A stretch of 13,535 bases of DNA from Candidatus Hydrogenedentota bacterium (GCA_029974275.1 JARKSN010000300.1:1-13535), one strand, 5' to 3'; counted from the first letter of the stretch, positions 1-9,568 are shown. The notes: generated from the sequence alone by a model not told the origin. A program made the numbers and translations.

Positions 1-1473
<1,473 letters not shown>

Positions 1474-1764
1474 AACTCTAACGGCGCGAACGCCGTTATT
1501 TAGCGAGTTCGAAACTGCTCCTGCGTTGCAGGATTTCTGATTTGGGGGTGTTGTGTGGTCAAGGGCTTGCGCCCCTTACTCACTTCACCTTGTGAAGATT
1601 ACATGACCTGTGTTTTTGGACATGCATCGTATTCAACTTTCAAAGAACCGCTAACCCGTCGAAAACGCCTCCCAGACAAAACAAAAGCATCGTCTGGGCA
1701 GTCTCGACCCACCGGGCCGCCTAGGCGCTCATTCGCTCCCTGCGCGGATTCTTTTCCCGCGCAG
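1474..1764 (-). other. rrn 5' leader (external transcribed spacer) with multiple hairpins
   Basis: Lies between promoter P2 and the 16S 5' end. Visible stems: taacggcg/cgccgtta (1479-1498, UUCG loop on the transcript), tcctgc/gcagga (1519-1533), a GCAA-loop hairpin near 1561-1577, cccagac/gtctggg (1671-1698) and tgcgcgg/ccgcgca (1741-1763). Confidence 0.8.
1638..1649 (-). promoter_or_regulatory. boxA-like rRNA antitermination element (GGTTCTTTGAAA)
   Basis: Minus strand reads GGTTCTTTGAAAGTTGAATA, resembling the rrn boxA consensus (TGCTCTTTAACA; GTTCTTTGAAAA type). It lies in the leader just downstream of a boxB-like hairpin (1671-1698). Confidence 0.75.
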
Positions 1765-1770
1765 AAACGT

Positions 1771-1799
1771 ATCTTACCACGCTTCCGGCGTCATGTCAA
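1771..1799 (-). promoter_or_regulatory. rrn P2 sigma70-type promoter
   Basis: Minus strand TTGACA (1799-1794), 17-nt spacer, TAAGAT (1776-1771), preceded by TGG (extended -10). Confidence 0.85.
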
Positions 1800-1908
1800 C
1801 CCCCTTCTCTTCGCGAAGAACCGCCCGGCCGTTCCGCCGAGGCAGCCGCCCGCGCACGAGGGGGAGCGACGCCCTCCGCCGCAGGTTTCCCGCGCCGAAG
1901 GGACGCAT

Positions 1909-1955
1909 ACTGTAGCACAACGATCCCGCCATGTCAACAGAAAAAACAAAAAAAA
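1909..1955 (-). promoter_or_regulatory. rrn P1 sigma70-type promoter with A/T-tract UP element
   Basis: Minus strand TTGACA (1937-1932), 17-nt spacer, TACAGT (1914-1909) preceded by TGC. An A/T tract (1941-1955) lies directly upstream of the -35. It is 138 bp upstream of P2. Confidence 0.85.
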
Positions 1956-1985
1956 GTTCGGGGCCCGCGGGCGTGGCCCGCCCCG
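1941..1985 (-). terminator. Putative intrinsic terminator upstream of rrn P1
   Basis: GC-rich hairpin (gcgggc-N3-gcccgc, 1967-1981, extendable by cggg/cccg) followed on the minus strand by AAC-T8-G-T6. It is downstream of the co-oriented glycosyltransferase operon. Confidence 0.45.
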
Positions 1986-2069
1986 CTTCCGAGGCCACAG
2001 AAATCTTCCGCGCCCGCCGCCATGAATCCCGGTTATATCCGCGCAAAAGGCCTGATTTTCAATGTTTTT

Positions 2070-2115
2070 TATAGATATCGATACGCATATCTATATATAT
2101 GTTTACACATATATA
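2070..2115. repeat. Two adjoining AT-rich 9-bp inverted repeats
   Basis: tatagatat (2070-2078)-N8-atatctata (2087-2095), and tatatatgt (2094-2102)-N4-acatatata (2107-2115). Confidence 0.85.
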
Positions 2116-2145
2116 GGCACAAATAGATGCTTGACGCGTCGCCCG

Positions 2146-3024
2146 TCAGCGGAAGCGCCGGGCGAAGCGGCTGCCCCAAAAAACGGCGAGGGGGCGGACT
2201 GCGGGAAACGCGATCGCGGCGGGGTCGGTCATGCGTCCTCGGAGCAGTTCCTTGATCCACATGCGGCATACGGGGAAGCTGAAAAGGTCTGCGGCCAGGT
2301 CTGCGGCCGTGTAGTCGCAACCGATCTGCCGCATGCCATATCCCTCGTTTCTGCAACGGGTTATGAGGGATCGAAGCGTGTACGCGTGGTGATGAAGGAC
2401 GGGGGCGTCCTGGGGAAAGGCGATAACGCCTTTTTCCGCGCAGAGTTTCACCTGAAAGGCGCAGTCCTCGGCGATGGGTTGATCGCCGAAGCGCAGGCGT
2501 TCCCAGACGTCGCGACGGTAGGCGGCGTTGGCATTGGAAAGGCCTTTGCCGTAGCGCGCGACGAACGTGCGCATTTCCTGGGTGAAATAAAAATAGCCGT
2601 TGCGTTCCCAGTTGAATTGCCGGTAGGGCCGGTCGGGATCGGGTATCGAGCGCCCGCATGACACCGCCACGCCGGGGTCGTTCAGCGGCGCGATGAGGTT
2701 TTCCAGCCAACGCGCGTGGGCGGGGATGGCGTCCTGCGACAGGCTGATGACGATGGGCGCGGCGGCAAGTTCGAACACGCGATCGCGTGTGCGGCCAAAG
2801 CAGAATTCCTCGGGGCGAATGCCCTGCACGCGCGCGCCGTGCGCGTGAAGCAATGGGATCGTTTCGTCGGTCGATCCGGAATCGATGGCCGCCACTTCGA
2901 CGCGACGGGAGGTTTCCTGCCTGGCAAGGGCGTCGAGCAATCGCGGCAGCAGCGGGCCCGCGTTGTGCGTCAGCAGCGTGATCGAAACCTCCGGACGACC
3001 GTTTTGTTCTCTTTCGGGCGTCAC
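2146..3024 (-). CDS. Family 2 glycosyltransferase (rhamnosyltransferase-like), 292 aa
   Basis: GT-A motifs: VSITLLTHNAG, IDSGSTDET, EFCFGRTRD, LSQDA, LSNANAAYRR, IAED. Start reassigned to GTG at 3024, which overlaps the upstream TGA (GTGA) and has GGGAGG about 7 nt upstream. Confidence 0.9.
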   Translation of the reverse strand: MTPEREQNGRPEVSITLLTHNAGPLLPRLLDALARQETSRRVEVAAIDSGSTDETIPLLHAHGARVQGIRPEEFCFGRTRDRVFELAAAPIVISLSQDAIPAHARWLENLIAPLNDPGVAVSCGRSIPDPDRPYRQFNWERNGYFYFTQEMRTFVARYGKGLSNANAAYRRDVWERLRFGDQPIAEDCAFQVKLCAEKGVIAFPQDAPVLHHHAYTLRSLITRCRNEGYGMRQIGCDYTAADLAADLFSFPVCRMWIKELLRGRMTDPAAIAFPAVRPLAVFWGSRFARRFR

Positions 3025-4388
3025 GGGGGGGCCTCCCGGAAAATGCTCCAGCGGCGATCCAAGAGAATCTGGCGATATCGAGGCATTTCCTCGACCCTCG
3101 GGAAAAGGCGGCCCCACAGGTTCCTGTCGCGCCCCTCGCGAAACGCCTGCGCGGCCGGGGCGAACGCGTCGTGCCGTTCATCCGCGCACAACAGCCCATA
3201 CGCCGCGTTCGCGCCAATCAACGCCGCGAACATCCAGATCGCAATGGGATACGCCCATTTGCGTGCCTTTCGCGGCGCGTTTCTCCGGCATGCGGCCAGC
3301 CACGCCGTCATGAACAGGCCGATGTAGAAGAGGTTTGAGAAGGAGATATACCGCGAGCTCAACGCTTGGCAGCGGCCTTGGTCAAGGCGCTCGATCGCGG
3401 TGGCGACGGCGGCCGCCGCCCCGAATACGATCCATGCCGCATACGGGGCGGCCGCCTCGCGCAACAGCGCATCGCGCCGGGTCATCGCCCACGCCACAAG
3501 GGCCATCGCCGCCAACAAGGCCAACGCCCCCAAATACATCGCCGCAGGCTCGCTAAACTGCATGATCGCCCCGCCAAGATAGGTGCAGACGTATTCGGCG
3601 AACGCAATGGGCCGCCGCCACGCGCCCGCGCCAGCCGCTTGGCTTGCCGCGACGGCGTTGCCATACAAGAATGCCGTCATGACTGCCGCGGCGCCAGCCA
3701 GCCATAGGCCTACCGCCGGCCACGTCCGGCGCCCGAGTTGTCTGCGCAAAAGCAGAAGCTGCACGACGCCCGCAGGCCATACTGCCAACGCGGCCCCGTA
3801 GGTGAACGAAGCAAGGACCGTGGCCGCGAGGGCTCCGGCGAGCCAGGCCCACCCTGCGCCGGCGCGATTCAGGCACGCCATCGCGAGGACTGACCCCAAC
3901 ACGCAGAGGTACGTCAGCATCAGATGGCCCCAAAGATAGACCTGCCACTGACTCAGCGAGAAAACCATCAGCGAAACCAGCGGAATGCGCCAATCGAGCG
4001 TTCCAAGGCCAAATTCGCGTCCGGTGCGCCGTATTTGAAACGCGATTGCCGCAAAGGCAAGCGCCGCCAACACGACGGTTCCCGCAAGGAACCATGCGTG
4101 GTGGTAGCGGGTCGCCCAGGCCAGACCCAGCGAAACCGCCCCCGCAACCGGAGCCCGGTGCGCCGAATAGGCCGTCCACAGATCGCTCAGGCCCTTTTCG
4201 CCGCGAGCATATTGGTCCATGACATCGACCAGCCCGTACTCGTCCCAATACGGTGCGCGGTACCCATACGCCGCGACAACGCCCGCCAGCACGACAAACG
4301 GGACCGCCACGGCGACGATATACAGCGATCGGCTGGCCGCCGCGTGACGGCCCCAGCGCGTTGCCGTTTCGCACAGGCCCTGCATCAT
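3021..4388 (-). CDS. Polytopic membrane protein, probable GT-C fold glycosyltransferase, 455 aa
   Basis: About 10-12 hydrophobic segments. An acidic motif (PYWDEY) follows TM1, then HRAP, FSLSQWQ and a late SSRY motif. Start ATG at 4388 with GGAGG 8 nt upstream. Lies within a glycosyltransferase operon. Confidence 0.7.
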   Translation of the reverse strand: MMQGLCETATRWGRHAAASRSLYIVAVAVPFVVLAGVVAAYGYRAPYWDEYGLVDVMDQYARGEKGLSDLWTAYSAHRAPVAGAVSLGLAWATRYHHAWFLAGTVVLAALAFAAIAFQIRRTGREFGLGTLDWRIPLVSLMVFSLSQWQVYLWGHLMLTYLCVLGSVLAMACLNRAGAGWAWLAGALAATVLASFTYGAALAVWPAGVVQLLLLRRQLGRRTWPAVGLWLAGAAAVMTAFLYGNAVAASQAAGAGAWRRPIAFAEYVCTYLGGAIMQFSEPAAMYLGALALLAAMALVAWAMTRRDALLREAAAPYAAWIVFGAAAAVATAIERLDQGRCQALSSRYISFSNLFYIGLFMTAWLAACRRNAPRKARKWAYPIAIWMFAALIGANAAYGLLCADERHDAFAPAAQAFREGRDRNLWGRLFPRVEEMPRYRQILLDRRWSIFREAPP

Positions 4389-4407
4389 GCGTTCCGCCTC
4401 CCGCTTC

Positions 4408-6285
4408 TCATGCGCCTTCCTTGACGCGAAACACCGCCCCGCCCTTCTCCGCCGCAATCAGTTCGAGCATGGGCCATGCCCGGAGCGCGTCCAGCACGTG
4501 CGGATCGACGGGATGCGTGGCGGGACAATAGACATACGTCACGCACCAGCTCCGGATCAGCTCCGCGCGCCGATCCTCCGTTCCATTCGGCGAGAAAAAG
4601 CGCGCCGTATCGCGCTCGACCGTCAGGGAATCCCGCTCCGAGAAGTTCATCGTGCCCATGCCGTATACGACGGACATGCCAGGGCGCAAGGCGACGACAT
4701 CGCCCATCATCGGGCCTTCGGCGGGCGGAGCGAGCGCCACGCCCGGGCCCATCGCGCCCATCAAGCGCGCATCGGCTTGGTCCATGATCTCCGCGTGCCA
4801 CCGCGCGAACGGAGCCTTGCCCGGCGCATGGAACAGCGGCCCTTGAATGAACAGCGCCCCCATGGCGATCGACCACGCGCCGCACGCGACCATCGCAAGG
4901 GTGAACCCGCGCGCCAACCGCGGACGCGATCCGCGCCACAACGTCAACTGCGCGGCGGTCAAGATGCAAAGCGGCAAACCCAGCAACGCCAACATGCGCT
5001 GCGGCGTCACGCGCAACCACCACCCTTGCCCAAACGCGGCGAGGGTCAGCACAAGAAACGTAAGCGCCCACAACGCAACCCATCCCAACTCTGGCAGCGC
5101 CTTGTCCTGTGTCTTGGGACGCCGGACCCGCGCATAGACCAACCCTGCGAGCGCGCCGAACAACGCCCAATCGGACATGACATCCGCAACGCGGGCCTCG
5201 CGTCCCGCAAGCAAATTGCCCCAGTAGACCTGGTATCCGAAGTACAACGGCGCGTAGGCGACGAGATAGCCGCCGAGCGCGCATACGATCGCGCGCGCGA
5301 GGAATGGCATCCGGCGCGCGATGCGCCCGATCTGCAGCGGCACGGTGAACACGTGGAAAAAAGCGGCGCTCACCAACGGCGATGGCCATGTCGCGACGCG
5401 GCAGAGGATCAGCGCGTTGTTCACGTACCCGGGAGCCTGGCGCATGATGGCCATGCTCGCGCCCGCGCCGACCGCGCCCGCCAGCGCCATCGCACAGGCA
5501 TAGCGGAATCGCTGCGCGAACGCCATGTCCGTTTGCCAAAGGACGTACAGACCCATGATCATCACCATCATCGGGCCGTAACGCGGGTGAAGCAACGAGC
5601 CCAGCGCCAACAGAAACGCGCTCCAGGCCAAACGCTTCCCGCAACGCCCGCGCATGGCCTGCGCAAGTTCGGTAAAGGCCGTGAACAGGATGGCCAATGA
5701 CAGCGTGTAGTACAGCCGTTGAAAATGGGTCGTCGGCGAGACATTGGCGCCCTCGACCAAGTCGTACATCACAAAGCGGAGAAGCTGGTCTTCGGCGCCC
5801 GGCCAATGCCAAAGGCCCAGCGCCCCCGTAATCGCGAATACCGCTCCGCCAATGCCGCCGCCCAGCGACCAAATCAAAAACGCGATGCGCGCATGGCTCG
5901 GGAACACCGTGCGCAGGAAACGCCACACCGCGTACAGGTAGGCCGCCGCGCCCAAACTATCCATGACGCTCAGCATCAAAAAGTGCGGCATTCCGATCAA
6001 GGTGGCGAGACGCCCCGGCAAGGCATAGAGCCAGAACCAGGGCGTGGCGTAATAGGCGATGCCGTGCGTCCCCAGCGGCGATTGACACGACGCAAACGGA
6101 TTGAAAAAATCCGTGTCGAGCATCCGCATTGCCATCAGGTACACGATGCTGTCGAAGGTGTGCAGCCCCGTCGCTACGGTTCCGGCAGGCGGACGAAAAT
6201 AAATCCAGAGATGACACGCGGGATCGACGAGAACCAGTCCGGCAATCACCCCCCAGACCCAACGCGGCGTTCGAGTCTCGCTCAT
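4408..6285 (-). CDS. Large polytopic membrane protein, probable GT-C fold glycosyltransferase with a soluble C-terminal domain, 625 aa
   Basis: Many TM segments, a D-x3-Y motif (TFDSIVY) in the first external loop, and a C-terminal extramembrane domain ending RFF...RRAELIRSWCVTYVY...VFRV. ATGA overlap with the upstream GT2 gene. Confidence 0.7.
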   Translation of the reverse strand: MSETRTPRWVWGVIAGLVLVDPACHLWIYFRPPAGTVATGLHTFDSIVYLMAMRMLDTDFFNPFASCQSPLGTHGIAYYATPWFWLYALPGRLATLIGMPHFLMLSVMDSLGAAAYLYAVWRFLRTVFPSHARIAFLIWSLGGGIGGAVFAITGALGLWHWPGAEDQLLRFVMYDLVEGANVSPTTHFQRLYYTLSLAILFTAFTELAQAMRGRCGKRLAWSAFLLALGSLLHPRYGPMMVMIMGLYVLWQTDMAFAQRFRYACAMALAGAVGAGASMAIMRQAPGYVNNALILCRVATWPSPLVSAAFFHVFTVPLQIGRIARRMPFLARAIVCALGGYLVAYAPLYFGYQVYWGNLLAGREARVADVMSDWALFGALAGLVYARVRRPKTQDKALPELGWVALWALTFLVLTLAAFGQGWWLRVTPQRMLALLGLPLCILTAAQLTLWRGSRPRLARGFTLAMVACGAWSIAMGALFIQGPLFHAPGKAPFARWHAEIMDQADARLMGAMGPGVALAPPAEGPMMGDVVALRPGMSVVYGMGTMNFSERDSLTVERDTARFFSPNGTEDRRAELIRSWCVTYVYCPATHPVDPHVLDALRAWPMLELIAAEKGGAVFRVKEGA

Positions 6286-7253
6286 GCCGAGGGTTCCCGC
6301 GTCAACAACGATTCGATATCAGCGGCCGTGACCCGTCGCGCGCGCTGAATGCGCCGCCGCTCGCGAAGCGCATACGGCAGCGCGCGCGCCATTGAGCCCA
6401 TCGTTTTGCCGAGCATCCCCACGGCGCGAAGCAATCCGAATTCGCAGCGCGCCGACGAGACAACGCATGCGGCTTGGTGCAGACGCTCGCGCGCGATCGA
6501 GGGGAAATGACGAAGAAGCAACCGCGCCGGCATGTTTTTGACCACCAACAGCGCGTGGTTGCGGCAACACTGCCGAGCGCGTTTCCAGCGGTTTCCCTGC
6601 AAACTGGCCGAACCCACATGATACGCGCGGGCCTCCGGCGCAAGCGCAATCGCATATCCCGCCAATCGCGCCCGAAAACATAGATCGCAGTCCTCGAAAT
6701 AACTGCCAAACCGCTCATCGAGCAGGCCAATTTCATCGAACAGTTCGCGCCGCGCCAACATCGCGCCCGCCGACACCCCAAAAACCTGCCGCGGAAGCGC
6801 GAACGACGCCAACGGCATCCGATAGCCAATGTTCTCCGGACGACCGCTGGGGCGCAGCCGATCGCCCGCACTGTAGATACTCTCCGGATCGTCGCGCCAC
6901 AGGATAAGCGGCCCCGTCATCCCTGCGCCCGTCGTCGCCAGCGAAACAACCAAGCGTTCGAGACAATCCGGGGCGAGCGTCATGTCGTTATTCAACAAAA
7001 AAACGAGGCTCCCCTCGCTGGCGCGGATGCCCGCGTTCGTGGCGATGCAGAATCCGCTGTTGTAGGGCAGCCGCACGACCCGGACCTCCGGGTACGCCTG
7101 GCGCACGAACTCCCCCGTGCCGTCCGTTGAGCCGTCATCCACGACGATGACCTCGAAATCGCGCCACGACTGCGACATGAGGGATGCCAGACAAGCGCCC
7201 AACAAGGCCTTGCCATTCCACGACGGTATGACGATGGATACCCGCGCTGGCAT
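6282..7253 (-). CDS. Family 2 glycosyltransferase (WbbL/GT2-like), 323 aa
   Basis: VSIVIPSWNG, VIVVDDGSTDGT, NSGFCIATNAG, FLLNND, GLLDERFGSYFEDCDLCFRA, HVGSAS. Confidence 0.93.
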   Translation of the reverse strand: MPARVSIVIPSWNGKALLGACLASLMSQSWRDFEVIVVDDGSTDGTGEFVRQAYPEVRVVRLPYNSGFCIATNAGIRASEGSLVFLLNNDMTLAPDCLERLVVSLATTGAGMTGPLILWRDDPESIYSAGDRLRPSGRPENIGYRMPLASFALPRQVFGVSAGAMLARRELFDEIGLLDERFGSYFEDCDLCFRARLAGYAIALAPEARAYHVGSASLQGNRWKRARQCCRNHALLVVKNMPARLLLRHFPSIARERLHQAACVVSSARCEFGLLRAVGMLGKTMGSMARALPYALRERRRIQRARRVTAADIESLLTREPSA

Positions 7254-7262
7254 AACGCCGCC

Positions 7263-7291
7263 ATTCTACCCCATGCCCCGGACACGCACAA
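7263..7291 (-). promoter_or_regulatory. Putative sigma70 promoter of the glycosyltransferase operon
   Basis: Minus strand TTGTGC (7291-7286), 17-nt spacer, TAGAAT (7268-7263), then only 9 nt to the ATG at 7253. Confidence 0.55.
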
Positions 7292-7343
7292 CGGCGCGCA
7301 CGGCTTGCCTCAGGGCGACAACGATCATTTCCTTCTCGACCTG

Positions 7344-9248
7344 CTACGCCTTGCCCCCTTCCGGCGGCGTTGGCCGAGCGGGACGCGTCGCCGGAGGAAA
7401 TTCGACGTAGGCTCCTTCGCTGACCCAGCGGTATTTGCCGTCCATCAGCGCGTCCGCGACCTTGCCGTACTGCCGATCGTGATGACGATGCACCGCGGCG
7501 AGATTGGCCGCGATGCGTGCGCGCGCCGTGCGACAGAACAAGTCCGTCAAGTCTTCCAACGCGGGATCGCCGCTCGTGGCGAGCCGTCCGTCTGCGCGCG
7601 ACAACACCGCCGCCATCGCGAACAGGTCGGTCCCGATATCGACAAAGCGTTGCAGCGTAATCTGCTCATACTCGAGTTTCACGCCATGCCGCGCCATCAC
7701 GTGAAACAACGTCCGCGCCATGCGCCGCGCGGTTTTGGGCAACGATCGCACATGCGCCTGGTTGCGCGCGGAAAGATGTTTCGCCGACGCGCCCCCCGCC
7801 GGGATCCACTGCTTCGGATACCACCGCGCGTAAAACTTCGCCGCATCGAGCGCAAGAGCCGCCTTCCGGGCAAAGGGCATCGTCCTGTCCTGCAACAGCG
7901 GCCCCGCGACCTTCAGATGCGTATCCATCGCCTCGCGCGCGATGAACAACCGCATGATCTCGCTGGTTCCTTCAATGATGCGCAAGATGCGCGCGTCGCG
8001 CAGCATGCGCTCCGCCGGCACAGGGTCCTCGCCCCGGGCCGCAAGCGACTCGGCCGTCTCGAACCCGCGTCCGCCGCGAATCTGCAAAAAATCATCCGCC
8101 ATGCGCCAGAACGTTTCGGTGCAATAATATTTCGCCACGGCCGCCTCGAGCCGAATGTCCACGCCGCCCCGATCGGCCATGGCGCACGCGAGCGCATTGA
8201 CGCTTTCCAGCGCGAAGGCGTCCGCCGCCAGATTCGCGGCCAGGCGCGCCACCGCCTGATGCTTGCCGATGGGCGCGCCCCACTGCACCCGCTCGTTCAA
8301 CCATCTTTCGGCGAAATGCAGCATCGCCTTGCCGCCCGCCGCCGTGGTCGCGGGGATGGTAAGCCGGCCCGTGTTCAGGGTCGTCAACGCGATCTTCAAG
8401 CCCTCGCCGGGCTTGCCGAGCACGTTTTCCGCGGGCACGCGCATGTCGACGAAACGGAGCAGGCCGTTGCTGATGCCGCACAGGCCCATGAACGAACACC
8501 GATGCACGACCTCGAATCCCGGCATGGCGCTCTCGACGAGGAAGGCCGTGATCTGCGGCTTCTCCTTGCCCCCGACGATCTTCGGCGGCGTCAGCGCCAT
8601 GACGACCAGTATCTCCGCGTCCGGGCCGTTCGTGCACCACAGTTTCTCCCCGTTGAGCACGAAATGCGAGCCGTCCTCGGATGGAGTGGCCGTGGTCTTC
8701 ATGCGCGCCGGGTCCGACCCGACCCCCACTTCGGTCAACGCGAACGCCGAAATCGCCCCTTCCGCAAGGCGCGGCAGGTATTTCTCTTTTTGTTCCTTCG
8801 TGCCGAACATCTTGAGCGGTTGCGGCGCGCCAATGCTCTGATGCGCCGACAACCATATGGCCGTGCTGGCGCAATAACTGCTGACGAAGCCGATCACGCG
8901 GTTATAATTCGTCTGCGACAAGGCAAGACCGCCATACTCCTTCGGAATCTTCAGCCCGAAACACCCCATTTCCGCCAAAGCTTCGATCGCATCCCCCGGC
9001 ACAACGCCCGTGCGATCGACCTGCGCGGGATCGAGATGATCCTCGAGGACCTCCCGCACCTGCGCCAGCAGCGCATCGCCGATCCGCCGATCCTCGGGGT
9101 CCTGCTCCGGAAACGGAAACACCAAGTCCCATCGGAAATCGCCTCGAAACAATTCCGCCAAAAAACTGGGGTGCTCCCAGACCTTCTGGCGGCTTTCCTC
9201 CGCCAGATCCATCGCCCGCTTCTTCTCCGCATTCTCAAACTGTTTCAT
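7344..9248 (-). CDS. Acyl-CoA dehydrogenase, long form (VLCAD/FadE-like), 634 aa
   Basis: GLKIPKEYGGL, AHQSIG, SAFALTEVGVGSD, LNGEKLWCTNG, LNTGR, RVQWGAPIG, QIRGGRG and RDARILRIIEGTSEI (catalytic Glu position), plus a VLCAD-type C-terminal extension. GGAGG RBS upstream of ATG 9248. Confidence 0.96.
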   Translation of the reverse strand: MKQFENAEKKRAMDLAEESRQKVWEHPSFLAELFRGDFRWDLVFPFPEQDPEDRRIGDALLAQVREVLEDHLDPAQVDRTGVVPGDAIEALAEMGCFGLKIPKEYGGLALSQTNYNRVIGFVSSYCASTAIWLSAHQSIGAPQPLKMFGTKEQKEKYLPRLAEGAISAFALTEVGVGSDPARMKTTATPSEDGSHFVLNGEKLWCTNGPDAEILVVMALTPPKIVGGKEKPQITAFLVESAMPGFEVVHRCSFMGLCGISNGLLRFVDMRVPAENVLGKPGEGLKIALTTLNTGRLTIPATTAAGGKAMLHFAERWLNERVQWGAPIGKHQAVARLAANLAADAFALESVNALACAMADRGGVDIRLEAAVAKYYCTETFWRMADDFLQIRGGRGFETAESLAARGEDPVPAERMLRDARILRIIEGTSEIMRLFIAREAMDTHLKVAGPLLQDRTMPFARKAALALDAAKFYARWYPKQWIPAGGASAKHLSARNQAHVRSLPKTARRMARTLFHVMARHGVKLEYEQITLQRFVDIGTDLFAMAAVLSRADGRLATSGDPALEDLTDLFCRTARARIAANLAAVHRHHDRQYGKVADALMDGKYRWVSEGAYVEFPPATRPARPTPPEGGKA

Positions 9249-9430
9249 CGCGCGCCTCCAATTTCAGCAGGTATCCGCATGGATGCGTTGGACCGTTCCG
9301 TGCCGTTTTGCAACGCCCGATCTCCCTGTCTTTATTCTCTGCGGGGCTCCCATTTCGTATTGTACCCCTTTCTCTCCGAATTCGCCCCCCCCTCGCGAGC
9401 CGCTGCGCCGGCGCCGCGAAGCCGTCTCGA

Positions 9431-9478
9431 TGCACAATTTTTGTCATTGCGACAGGGCATTTGCGCCATTTTTTGCTA
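9431..9478 (+). promoter_or_regulatory. Candidate tandem enhancer (UAS) sites for a sigma54 activator
   Basis: TGCACAATTTTTGTCAT (9431-9447) and TGCGCCATTTTTTGCTA (9462-9478) are 31 bp apart and lie about 100-150 bp upstream of the predicted TSS. Both resemble NtrC-family TGCACCA-N3-TGGTGCA sites. Confidence 0.4.
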
Positions 9479-9551
9479 CAAAACCGTGTTCGGCGCCCAT
9501 GACGCAGCCATAACCCTTTGACGAAAAGCCCTTTGCCAAAACGATGCGTTC

Positions 9552-9568
9552 CGGGCATGGGATTTGCT
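9552..9568 (+). promoter_or_regulatory. sigma54 (-24/-12) promoter of the pilin operon
   Basis: CGGGCATGGGATTTGCT versus consensus YTGGCACGRNNNTTGCW, with exact GG(9554-9555)-N10-GC(9566-9567) spacing. Confidence 0.65.

Noticed and set aside
1500..1770. Possible tRNA or riboswitch in the rrn leader (gttcga at about 1507)
   Set aside because: No cloverleaf or known aptamer could be built; the hairpins are explained by the rRNA leader.
1555..2046. ORFs 1555..2025 (+) and 1774..2046 (-)
   Set aside because: They overlap the rrn leader and promoters, are Arg/Pro-rich, and show no recognisable domain.
2062..2661. Plus-strand ORF starting MFFIDIDTHIYIYVY
   Set aside because: It is antisense to the GT2 gene, and its N-terminus is simply a translation of the TA-rich palindromes.
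3025..3117. N-terminal extension of the GT2 ORF to 3117, and likewise the longer starts at 4457, 9685, 10023, 10664 and 11779
   Set aside because: Downstream starts have RBS motifs, stop/start coupling or correct signal peptides; most of the extensions overlap neighbouring genes.
9359..9387. TACAAT -10 hexamer (minus strand) upstream of the acyl-CoA dehydrogenase
   Set aside because: No credible -35 or extended -10 at the proper spacing; too weak to call.
7305..9521. 738-aa plus-strand ORF antisense to the acyl-CoA dehydrogenase
   Set aside because: Shadow ORF caused by high-GC codon bias; Arg/His-rich with no motifs.
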